A DNA stretch of 63,278 nucleotides, the filler included, from Collodictyon triciliatum (taxonomy: Eukaryota), in assembly GCA_043381765.1 (NCBI GenBank). It is 8 parts of 8 records of this genome, joined end to end, with 100 filler letters (N's around TTAATTAATTAA, not from the genome) between each part and the next. Parts side by side here need not be neighbours in the genome. Positions count along the whole stretch, not along the records: positions 41,612 to 49,831 come from JBHJMP010003526.1; positions 49,932 to 58,148 come from JBHJMP010003527.1; positions 58,249 to 63,278 come from JBHJMP010003589.1; 5 more parts are not named here. The stretch is one strand, 5' to 3'. Within the stretch, counting starts at the first letter, position 1, and every line of letters begins with the position of its first letter. Made by a program: the position numbers and the translations under genes. The notes below the pieces were generated by a model. It had not been told where the DNA came from. It made no database searches and saw only the letters and a list, made by a program, of their open reading frames with translations. Positions 41,899 to 59,610 of this stretch are shown in pieces.

Positions 41899-43767
41899 AT
41901 GAGTACTGCAGTTGAGCAGGACAGCTTTGAAGGACCAGACATATCCATCACGTCCACATGCCTTGCTTGTGGCAATATCCCGCCTGCTTCTAGCTCAGCT
42001 TCACCCCCGGAGAAAAGAGAAACCAAGCCGAGCAACCCAGAGCCGGAACAACGGTCTTTTCTTCACGTCTTCGATTGTGGACATCGCCTATGCCACAGCT
42101 GCAAAACCCAATGGGAGCAGATTATGAAGCTGCTTGACGAGGCTGCCTTTGTCTGTCCGTTCTGCGGCGTGGCGGTTTCCTCGGCTGCAGATCCGCATCA
42201 ACTGCAGGTATATGTGGCCGCATCACCGCCAAAAGAGACAACAAAAATCATGCGATGCGATGTGAAGAGTCCGTCTCGATTGGATGTCAGGAGCGGCGTG
42301 GCGTTGGCGTATGAAGCAGTGGAGAGGACGATGGGAGACTGGTTGTGTCGGTGTAAAGAGAAAAAAGTTCAAATCAGGTGCAATGAATGTAAAAGTTTCC
42401 TTTGTGAAGAGTGTCATAATCTGCACCAGAAGTTTATCATCACGAAAGAGCATGTCATTAGGTATATTTTTCCTCTCTCATTCGATACCTATTTGAAAAC
42501 ATATTCGATAATCAGATGGAACTTTAGCAGAGACCGATATGTAAACATTTGCATCTGGAAACTTTTTTTATTATTATTATTATTATTATTAACTCCTGTC
42601 GATTTTACATATACATGATTAGTATTGTGAAGTGTATTGTTTCCCGGGTCATTTACCTACTGATTAACTGGGATACCATTTTATACTAGCAAATACACTG
42701 ATTTTGAAAGCTCATCTTTCGATAATTGGAAGCCTTCATGTTTTTTTCACTTGGACAGACCTTGGGAAAGACTCTCCTTCAACCCCGATGGCCAGATATA
42801 TGAGTTGTGTGAGGAATGCGCAAGAGAAAGCTGTGTTGGTTGGCCAATGGTCTCAAAATCAGAATTCTTCAAGACAAACGCCTGTGCGCTCACAACAACC
42901 AGCAATAGAATCCAAAAAAATATAACTCTCATCACAGAAAATGAAAACGCAGCAAGAAATGCATTGTACAGGGTACTTCATTCAATGCTTTAATCAATAG
43001 AATTCATTTTCATCTATAATTCATATAATAGCCTAATCATAACATATTTTGCAGAGTGACAGGGCCTATGGAAACATGTTTTTGGAGTTGAGAAATAATC
43101 TAATGAGAGAGGCAACCTCGCTTTCGCATCAAAAAGATGAAGCAATTGAGCGGGTATTTCGTAATCCTTATAAAACTAGTAGATTGAAATACATCATCAG
43201 TCATAATTTTTCTATCCCGTAAAAGTAAAGATATTTTAGAAATATCAGATCATATAACATGGAATGACTTTTCATGCACTACAGTACTGTGTTTGGTGTT
43301 TAGAAGCTTCTCTTTGGTAATAGGTCCGTATGATTGATAAATCTCTCGAAGAGCGCGCTATATTATTAGATGAAATGAAGAAGCGCGACCTACTTTATCT
43401 TGAAATGATTTCATTTTTAGAAGATAATCCCCACATCGATGTATCTCCTCATGGTCTGATGGTTTTTTGCAAGTTACTGGAAGAGTCAAAATCGAGTGAT
43501 ATATTATCAGACATTTCTCTGGTCCACCAAACTACCAGCACGCAGCGTGAAGGCGTCGCAGTTGACTCAATTCTCGGAGAATACATGGACCGAGTGATTG
43601 CCACTACTTCGGAGCCATATACAGCCCCGTCATATTTACTTGACTCTATATACCCGCCAACAAATGAAGCGCTCCAGGACAAGTCACAATTGAATTCACC
43701 TTCGAATGATTATCCAGACATGGCGCACAGCGAATCGAAGTATCCGCCATTGGAAGACGACACATGA
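41899..43767 (+). CDS. TRIM/RBCC-like protein: RING-HC, B-box, degenerate second B-box, coiled coil; 4 exons
   Basis: RING CLAC..CGHRLCHSC..CPFC; B-box CRC..CNECKSFLCEECHNLH..KEH; exon 2 (42690-42972) CFFH..LCEEC; helical exons 3-4 end at TGA 43767. Confidence 0.8.
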
Positions 43768-44168
43768 CAGTCCTTGCATATCTCACGGAAGGATGGCTGA
43801 TGCTGCAAAATGTGAAGCTACAGACACTAGTTACCGTTGTAGTTGAAGTCTGAAATCTGTCAACAAGCAGTATAAATAAGAGTACGAAAGACATCTAAAA
43901 AAACTGTCTAGATTAGTTTTGAAGTATTTGTTGCTTAACTATTTCGTATCGAGTGAGTAGTCGACAACAGGAGATATAATGATAATAATGAGGCATATCC
44001 AACGCTATCCTGTGTAATATGGTATGCACATATAATGGAATAAATTGTTTATGTGAAAAAAGGTAGCTCTTCTTGAACAGGGCTACCCAAGCGAAAAACT
44101 TTATTCACCCTTCCTGCTCCATTAGTTCAAGTAATTTTCTTTGGCTGATATTATTTGCTTGTCCCTCG

Positions 44169-49831
<5,663 letters not shown>

Positions 49832-50983
49832 NNNNNNNNNNNNNNNNNNNNNNNNNNNNNNNNNNNNNNNNNNNNTTAATTAATTAANNNNNNNNNNNNN
49901 NNNNNNNNNNNNNNNNNNNNNNNNNNNNNNNTTTTTTAAAATTTTTTTTTTGTAAAACCCATATTCTTTTTTTTTTTTTTTTTTTTTTTTGTTGGTGAAA
50001 TATCTGTCGCTGCTTGTGCTTTTAACATAATAATGGATATCTTATCAAACCATTTCTGTTCTTTTTGTAAAAGGTCGATTGGTTTTTTAGCATCTTAAGG
50101 TGGCTTTGTATGAACTAATGTGGTACACTTTGCGCAAGGCGCTCATACTTCTGCTCGCATTAGTTTCGGGAATTTTGTATTTTGTTCAAGGTATTCGGTT
50201 GGAAATGATATTAATTCAACTTCGGCCAAGTGTGACAGCAGCATATGATTATTTTTACAACAATCGCCACCGTCCTGCGTGCATCAGAGACCCAGAGCCA
50301 GAATTAAGTACATCACAACCCAACAATCTGCTGAGTGAGGTGTTGTTGAAACTACAACACAGATGACTTCTGCATGTAGTGCAATTCTGCCACCCGTGCT
50401 TAGAAAGAAAAAAANNNNNNNNNNNNNNNNNNNNNNNNNNNNNNNNNNNNNNNNNNNNNNNNNNNNNNNNNNNNNNNNNNNNNNNNNNNNNNNNNNNNNN
50501 NNNNNNNNNNNNNNNNNNNNNNNNNNNNNNNNNNNNNNNNNNNAGAGAATGGAAAAGAGAGAATGGAAAAGAGAGAATGGAAAAGAAAAAGGAAAAAAGT
50601 CGTGGCTCATTGTCTTCCTTTATTGCCACACCATTTAGTCGATGTATTGAAATGCGAGTGATAACACTTTATTTTCATCATAAAATGGGAGCATTGGTCA
50701 TGAAGCAAACAAGGAAAAGAGGAAAAACTCCCAGCGATGATTATTTTTCTGATGTGTGTCGCAAAGAAAAAAAAAACTTCCGCAGAGCGAAAACTGTCGT
50801 AGAAAAGGTATTGCCATATCGAAAGGAGTAGTTGGCTTTCATTCATACTTCGAGTGAGATGGAAAAAATAAAGGACATATGATAGGAAGAAAATAGCGAG
50901 ATGTCAACAGAAGAGTTTTGTTGTAATTCTGTATTGAAGTGCAATCCAGTAATGAAGCTTCATTACTAGAAAATTCTAGCGAC

Positions 50984-53900
50984 CTATTCTGATAATTCAA
51001 AGGTCTCAACGGATGGCACAACCTTAATAAATGATTATTGTTAATTATTTGTGTTGTGTTGTGATTATTAAGTGAGTTTTGCCTTTACATATTCAGATAG
51101 CTTTTATCTGCATCGTGGATATAAATAAACTAATTTGACAGTGTATCCCATCTTAGACTAAATTAACTCTCGACCCTGAGATTATATTTTCAATCGAATG
51201 AAATGAGAGAAAGAGACAGACTCGATGAAAAATATTCTGAAAGATAACACGACTGCTATTTCATTACGTGGGGATATAACTCCAGTTTACGAATTTGTTC
51301 AAAATCAGGGGTTTCCGTGTCATTCCAACAAGGAAGGTTTGTCATACCAAGGGGTGCTATCCTAATACTAGACTTCCCTGTTCTATTTCTAATTTGCAAG
51401 CAACGAAGTTCAACCAGGGCTGTAATTTCGACAGGAAGTTCCCGAATCTGCACCGAGGAGAAAGAAATAATAAGAATATACCTCAAAATCGGTAAAGGAA
51501 AATATCACTTGAATGTAATCATCTTGCTTTTGGGTATCCATTTTCATGCTTAATTCGATTCGAATAAAGGGGGGGGGAAAGAAGCTCAATTCGATTCAAA
51601 GTTTTTGACATCGGATGTAGACAACCAAACCATATTGTCGCGGATGTCTAGATGCACAAGCTTCGATAAAGTCGATATCATAGGGGGCATATAATTTATC
51701 TAGATTTTAAGTTCTTTTTCTTTAAAAAAAAAACATTAGTAGTTCAGCCTTGGAAATAAAATAATTGCACCATTGTATCAAAATGTCGATGAAGAAAACC
51801 ACACCAACCGATGGAATTTTAGTGCAACTTCATTTTTGTAATTATATTATAAATCAAAGAGTAATAGTAGTGATAATAATTAAATTTTCAATTAAAAACA
51901 GAACAGAAGAATTGAAATGGAAATAATGAAAAGAAGATAAAAGAGAAAGAAAAAACGAACCAAATTGTCAGACAAGTTCAACACCAATAACTCAACCAAT
52001 GTGAAGCATGCATCGGGAAGAGATGTGAGCTTTTTTTTTTTAAAAAAAAAAGGGTTAATCGAGAGAACTACGATAACTATCATACAAAAATTGTAAAATA
52101 AAACTGACAACAGTATAATGAAACCATATAGGAAAATAATTCACCGCATTAGAATGCAAGTACAGTACTTGAAGATGCGTCAAAAATTGCAATGAATCTG
52201 GGACTTCTGAAAGTTTCATATTGGCCATCGATAAAGACTTACGACCTCGTAAGGCGTGAAACGTTGGATGATAGCAATAAGGTATCATGTCAACATTTTG
52301 ATTTCCATACATGAGATATTGTGTGGATAAGGGGCACAAATAAAAATTTTCATCTGCTTCTTTCTTGGTATTTATTAGTCCATGTAACAAAGATAGAACA
52401 CGGTCAGATAGGGAATATGCTGTTGCCATCTGCTGCTCATTCATAGAAAGAAAGTCAGCCATTCGAAATGTCTCCTTCTGGTGCGCTATTAAGTCACTTA
52501 AATCGAAGAAATCATTATCTCGAAGCCATTCCACCACCTCACCCTTATACATCGATTCCAAAGGAGAATATTGTACTGGGAGCAATTGGTTCATTTTTTC
52601 GTGTGAGATTTTGACGTTGCTGGACACCAACGCACTAATATACTCAAGTATTTGTTGTAAAGATGGCCGGAGTTTGTAATTTTGCCTCCAACACGCCTTG
52701 ATTAAGTGCTCTAATCCATCTGGCGTTTCATTGGGTAGTTCAGGTCTTAATCCCTTGATCGATAGGCTCTGTGGGTATGCTTCGTTTCGAAAAGGCTCGA
52801 CCCCAGAAAACATGTACCAAACCAGCATTCCCAAAGCATACACATTGCTCAGTTCCCCGCGATGGCCATAGCTACCTCCCCCATCCTCGTACATATCCAT
52901 GATGTCATAGTAGTAAGGCATACATGAAACTTCATGGATCTCTGGTGCTTGCCAGTTTGAAGTCCCGCCTTGTTTCCATTCCCCAAACTTTGTTGGTAGA
53001 TTAGAACCGATCTTATCAAGGCCACAGAAACTGACGATTCCAAAGTCTACAATTTTTACAGTTTCATCGATAACCATAATATTGTCATCCTTCAAATCTT
53101 CATGGAATAAGTTTTTGGAATGCATGAATATGAGAGCTTCGCATATTTGTTTTGTAAAAGAAATAATCTGGAATAACTTTGGTTTGATATTTTTCTTTTC
53201 TATCATAGTTTTTAATGAAATACCAGCATTCTCCATAACCATGTAAAAGTCATCGTCCTTGCGGTATATGCCAAATAGATTTACTATATTTTCGCATTCC
53301 CTGCATTCGTGCAGATACTTGGTCTCAAGTATGATCGATTGAATTATCTCGCTAATAGATTGCTCTCTACTCTCCTTAACTGTTTGTATTTTCACAACAG
53401 CGTTTTTCTTCTGATGAGGTAGAGTTGTATAGACTCGACCATATGTCCCCTTCCCAACATACTCTATAAGCTCTATTTTTTCGTTCATCCATAAACCCTC
53501 AAACTGACTCAAATCATGGTCAATCGATATTAGTTCGAGGGCAGTTCCGGGTTTTTGCAATTCCTTGGACTTTTTTACCTTCATCGCAGAGGTAAATCTC
53601 TTGGAAATACCTACATCAAATAAATAGGTGATTTGGCTATTAAGGAATAAAAAAAAAATGTATCATAACATTTTACTTAAATATATGGTTCTCAGAAAAT
53701 ACATGTTGAAAAAAAAAAGACCTTGTTCTAGATAAACGCGTCCTTGCTTTACTACACTGACTTCTAGATGGTGTTTTTTGGTGCATATTTTCAATTCTGA
53801 GTCATTTAATTTCGCCGATGATTCGATATGGCCATCTAAATGGTTAGATCGGCAAACTGGGCATTCGAATCGGTAGGAAATGATAAATTTTGGCCGAATA

Positions 53901-54863
53901 GATGCAATTTGTTTAATAAGGGAAGAAAGAACATCAAAAATTCGAACAATTTTGGTTGTTTGATGTATCTCGTTATCATATTTCCTAATTCTGACAGAAA
54001 TTTTAGCTTTTTGGATGTGGTACAGCACAAGAAATTCATTTCCTGGGGTAAGCTGGATTTCATTCATTTCAGCCTTGTAAAAAGCATCCAGGTGTATAAA
54101 TGCCACATCTCTGAAAAATTGATCGTCATACTGAACTCCAACTTGAGCCTCTTTTGTCAAACGTAGCGCTTGTATGATGACGTTGCTTTTATCAGAAAGC
54201 TGGAGTTCTCCATCAGTCATTATTTCTACAGATGTTTCAGAAATACAATTGGACTCTGGTTTTTCATTCCACAGTGGTCCAATATTTGAGCAATCGCTCA
54301 TCAACGAGGGAAAGGCAATGCATTCTCGGTTGAATTGAATTCCAAGGCCAAAATGGTCAAATATTTGAAGAATTGTTTTAAATACATATTCATCTAATTC
54401 TGTACTCAATTCTTGCTTGATTTGCTCGTTTAGCTTCTTTAGCAAAATAATACCACTTGTGCCCTTTCCTATTCCTTTGAAGCTGAAGACGCAACGAAAT
54501 ACGTTGATGAGAAACAGCGGGTCAAGAAATATGACATCCCTGGCGTTTTCAAATGATGAATACCAAACAACCGAGCCCAGGTCATGAAGGAATTTAAGAG
54601 CACTTTCGCACTCATTTCTGTCTATTCCCAACTGTTTTTCAGCAAAAATGTAAGTGTCATCCATTCTTTCGTACTTTAAAATTTGACCTTTTGAATCCAG
54701 ATATTCTTTCAGACCAATATATGACCTTGGGGTTTCTTTGTTCATGTTATCGAGCCTCATCATTCCTTCATATATTACTTTTTTCAGATTATTAATATTT
54801 CTTCCATTCTTGTTGCTCACCCTTAATTCTGTATTGAAAAATATATGGCGGGCTTTTTCATCG

Positions 54864-54944
<81 letters not shown>

Positions 54945-56339
54945 TTCCACCTCGATTCGCTGAATTTCTTTTTGCATCTCTAGCTTATGTACAGCGTTTT
55001 GGCAATCTTTGTGAGTACCAGCTATAATAATTTTTGAGCCGGGAGCAAAGTCATCAAGCATTTTGACCCAACGGTTGAGGTTATTTTTATCTTTGCTTTG
55101 ATCAAGTCTATATAAAATCAAAACCAGAGCTCCTGATGACAAAAAAAATGGATGCGTTACTTGAAACTCTTCTTGTCCTCCAAAGTCCCATATTCGCATA
55201 GATATCTTCGTTTTGAAAAATCCTCCCATCACTGATTCATCGATATCGACATGAGCGATGCCATCGGTGCGCTTTCTTTCATTGTCTGTTGTGCTTTTGA
55301 AAAAGAAAGACTTTTGTATGATTGATTGGAGGAGGGTTGTTTTTCCAGCCTCTCCCTCACCAAGTAACAGGAGTCTTCCTTGAGTCCATTTCACAAGTCC
55401 ATTCATAGAGTTTGCAAGGAAGTCAAAGGCAGTCTCAGAGCCATGGACTATGACGTTTTCAGGTATATTTTTGATTGGATTCCTATTGATATTCAGTCCA
55501 CTGCGAAGATATTTCATATTGGCGATGTAAGGAGGTATGATACGAATCTACATGGAAAATGATTAAGCAAAAGCAAAATTAAAATTAATTGAAAGGAAGA
55601 ATAAAAAAATGTAAAATTAAAATTACATGATGGTATTTGGTTTTTTTTTTAAAAAAAAAGAAAAGAAAACCTTGTTGTTAGATAAGTTCAGTTTCTGTAG
55701 ATTTACAAGGTTGACAAGGACATCAGGGATGTGTAAAATCTAAATGTATAATGTGATTTAAGGGTTTGACAATAGGCTAAAACATCACATTTACTACTTC
55801 TAAGAAAACATGAAATGTTCTTCGAAAGAAAATGAAGTTTATCATGAATACCTTGTTATTGGAAATATCTAGCATCATCATCAGAGTCAAGGTGCAGATG
55901 GATGTAGGAAATATTTCAAAATTTAAAGAGATTTTCATCATTAATATTTCTGCTATAACACTCCATGATTTTATTATTTATGGAATGTTTAAAGAATACC
56001 TTATTGCAGCTGATGCTGAGATATGTGAGATTTTTCAAGTGGGTAATGTTTGTTGGAAGTATGGAAATCCCAAGGCCAAAAAAGTTGAGAGATTGGAAAT
56101 TAATTTGATCCTCGGTTGGTACCCACTCAGGTGTCATAATATTACTGTCCTGTTTCATTCATACCATAGCAATAGATAAATAGATAGATAAATAGATAGA
56201 TAAATAGATAGATAAATAGATAGATAAATAGATAGATAAATAGATAGATAAATAGATAGATAAATAGATAGATAAATAGATAGATAAATAGATAGATAAA
56301 TAGATAGATAAATAGATAGATAAATAGATAAATAGATAG

Positions 56340-56370
<31 letters not shown>

Positions 56371-56692
56371 GATAAATAGATAGATAGATAAATAAAGATA
56401 AATAAATAGATAAATAAATAGATAAATAAATAAATGATTGACAAAGATAACAATCAGTTTAACCGAATATTAGAATTTTTATAATTATATACAGGAACTT
56501 CATAGAGCATCAATTTATTAATTTGATCTCTGTCATCGGACTCGTCCCAGCAAGGAAGACTTGAAATTCCACGTGGTGCTCTCTGAATGTTAACTTCACC
56601 CTCCCAATCTATGAGAAGCATCTTCAGATTTGTGAGGGATGTGATTTGCGGTGGAAGCTCCTCCATCTGTTCCAACATCGATTAATATCCAT

Positions 56693-56736
<44 letters not shown>

Positions 56737-57245
56737 TTCATAATCCCATCTTTTTTTTTCCTTTATTCGATTCAAAGATTCATAATCCCATCTTAAATGA
56801 AAATAGGATGGAAAAGTATAGAAAGAAAAGAAAAGATAAAAAGAAAATTAGGAAGAAAACTGACCGGATTCAAGTAAATATTTAGTTCTGCGAGGCCGGT
56901 TAAGTGGGATATCTCTGGCGGTAATGAAGAGAGCAAGTTGTAAGACAAAACAAGAGCTGAGAGGCTGATCAGACAGGATATTTCTGGCGGTAAGGAAGAC
57001 AGCTCATTGTTTTCGACATGCAAGTCTTCAAGGATCTCCAAACGCGATAGTTCTGCCGGCAAGGATGACAATCGATTGCCTGTGAGATTTAAGAAGCTCA
57101 AGCGAGACAGAACGAAGACACCAGGAGGCACAAACGTTAATTTTCTGGATGAGAGATCAAGCTCTGAGCAGCTTTGAAGAGTGGGTATGTCGGGGTCTCC
57201 GGTGAGTCTTCGTAGCTTCTCGAGATCCGCTAGATCATCAGACAT
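50984..57245 (-). CDS. Roco protein: LRR-Roc-COR-kinase-(SAM-like)-LRR
   Basis: Exons 56865-57245, 56493-56666, 56000-56149, (55852-55920), 55671-55739, 53722-55547, 52145-53610, 51961-52029, 51631-51699, 51268-51447, 50984-51022. Roc motifs GEGEAGKT, RTDGI, IWDFGGQEEF, GTHKD; COR motifs LKFLHDLGSVVWY and IFLDPLFL; kinase motifs GKGTYG, VVK, HEDLKDDN, DFG, APE. One frameshift at the 76-T run 54866-54941, probably an assembly error. Confidence 0.9.
51548..51601 (+). mobile_element. Possible degenerate/nested copy of the micro-element in a Roco intron
   Basis: GCT(T/C)AATTCGATTC direct repeat (51548-51561, 51584-51597) flanks GAATAAAGG-G7-AAAGAA; the right copy ends TTCGATTCAAAG. Confidence 0.45.
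56174..56430. repeat. (ATAG/ATAA)n intronic microsatellite
   Basis: Directly visible. Confidence 0.95.
56736..56794 (-). mobile_element. Micro-insertion copy 3 in Roco intron 1, 17-bp TSD ATTCATAATCCCATCTT
   Basis: Perfect direct repeat at 56736-56752 and 56778-56794 flanks T-run + CCTTTATTCGATTCAAAG. Confidence 0.9.
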
Positions 57246-58020
57246 CGGGAATAGAAAAGAAGCTCGGCACTGGGGCTGGAGGTGGTTTCTAGGTTGAAAG
57301 TTTCCTCCATCTTAATTCTTTTTCTTTTTCTTATTCTTATTCTTTTTCTTTTTCTTTTTCTTTTTCTTTTTCTTTTTTTCTCTTTTTCTTTTTCTATTCC
57401 TATTTCTTTCATTTTGTAAAAGAAAATAAAATAGCTCAGCGTGGCCAGCGCGTTAGTCTGTCACAAAACACGTAATGGCCTTCGGTTGCGTTGAGGTGGG
57501 ATGGATGTCATAAAGACCGTACATAATATTCTAACAATATTTATTTTGACTAATAATGTGAATGAATACCCGCAATATATAAGAAATATATAATTTTATT
57601 TAATTTTCCGCATTTGATAAATCGACACCAGCCGTCATGGAGCCTTTGTTCTGGAGCGAGAAATCAGGCGACTAATTGCGGCACACGCCCGATTATTTTA
57701 CCATAAGAAGGATTCGTTGAGCCAATCTTCTGGTTGATTCAATGATTATTCATTTAGTATTTCTTTAATTAGATTTCATACGAAACTTTATCTATTTTAA
57801 TCGAAGTAATCCCGTTTTTGTTGTTTTGCTCGTGTCGCACACAATTGTGGAATAGCCTTTGAGACACTCTTCTTGTGCGACGCGGCTCATGTTGTGAAGG
57901 AGACGGGCGACCCTTCAATAACCGAGAAAAGATTTCTTTAAAAAGGGTGCTACCATTGTGGTTCTAGTGGGTGGGGTGTGACGAAGGACTAAGTGATGGC
58001 GGTGTTGATGGCCGTCGTTC

Positions 58021-58148
58021 ATTCTCTCTATTCTCTTCATTCTCTTCATTCTCTTCATTCTCTTCATTCTCTTCATTCTCTTCATTCTCTTCATTCTCTT
58101 CATTCTCTTCATTCTCTTCATTCTCTTCATTCTCTTCATTCTCTTCAT
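58021..58148. repeat. (TTCTCTTCA)n repeat at contig end
   Basis: Directly visible. Confidence 0.95.
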
Positions 58149-59347
58149 NNNNNNNNNNNNNNNNNNNNNNNNNNNNNNNNNNNNNNNNNNNNTTAATTAA
58201 TTAANNNNNNNNNNNNNNNNNNNNNNNNNNNNNNNNNNNNNNNNNNNNATAAAATAAAATAAAATAAAATAAAATAAAATAAAATAAAATAAAATAAAAT
58301 AAAATAAAATAAAATAAAATAAAATAAAATAAAATAAAATAAAACAAAATGAAATGACAATTAAAATAAAATGATAAAATGAAAATTAAACAAAACAAAA
58401 CAAAACGACAATTAAAATAAAATGAAATAAAGTAAATCAACAATAAGGAATTCTTTGCGATAAAACGAGTGAAAGTCTCTATTCCATGTCTCGTATATGC
58501 ATGAAACGTAACATCGGCATCGACCGGTGATGCAAGTCGGCGAGACGTACCGGAAGGAAGCTTGCAGGGTTTTCCTTGACGGATTAAATCCTTGATTATG
58601 CTCTCATCAGTCGGGCTGTCTTGCGACTCCTTCCTTCGAACTCGTCTCTAAGAGATTAGAATGGAAATAAATAACATCTTGAGGGAACATGATAAAAAAA
58701 ATAACGACTGCCTTTTGAGATAAATGACTCATTTTATCAACGGATGCAATCGAACCTTATTACTCCACGAGTTGTTTCTTTTCTTCAGACTGATGACATA
58801 GTTGCAAATGATAGTCAATAATGTAGGGTTTCTTCTGCTGATTTGAATTCCAAACTGAAGTGGTTGGTCCAGGACACTGGCTCGCATTCTGTTTTTGAAA
58901 AGCAGAGTAAACGACACGCATGCCTTACATGCGACGATACGGCAATCATACAAACCTAATATTTTCTTCCGACGGCGCCATCAAGATTCTGGCAAAATCT
59001 TCAGGAAAGCTCTTTGAACTCTAAATATCATATAACGTTTTATGCAACCAACCTATGTAAAATCATCGCCAGCGCATACTTATGACACAAACGAGTCACG
59101 TGTAACAAATATATTACGCTTATCGGGCTTTGTCTGGAGTTGGGGAATGTTTGCTCGATTTTGAACGGATTATGCGCAACAATAGGTGATTGTGCATGGA
59201 CTGAAATGTTCCGGTCATGGCCAGCTAAGCTCAGTGGGTCTGAAACGAATCGCGCGCTCTTTGATTTGAATCCAGATAAGCAGACATACGATAAAAAGGA
59301 AAATGTAAGTATAGTGAAAAAGGTGTTCATCAAAACAACAACAAAAA

Positions 59348-59610
59348 ATATAATAAATATAATAAATATAATAAATATAATAAATATAATAAATATAATA
59401 AATATAATAAATATAATAAATATAATAAATATAATAAATATAATAAATATAATAAATATAATAAATATAATAAATATAATAAATATAATTGATATCAAAA
59501 TATAATAAATATAACAAATATAAAAAAATATAAAAAATATAAAAAATATAAAAATATAATAAATATAAAAATATAATAAATATAAAAATATAAAAATATA
59601 ATAATAATAA
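59348..59610. repeat. (ATATAATAA)n AT-only repeat
   Basis: Directly visible. Confidence 0.95.

Noticed and set aside
57432-57470. tRNA-like start TAGCTCAGCGTGGCCAGCGCG..CTGTCAC
   Set aside because: The anticodon stem does not pair, and no T-arm or acceptor stem follows.
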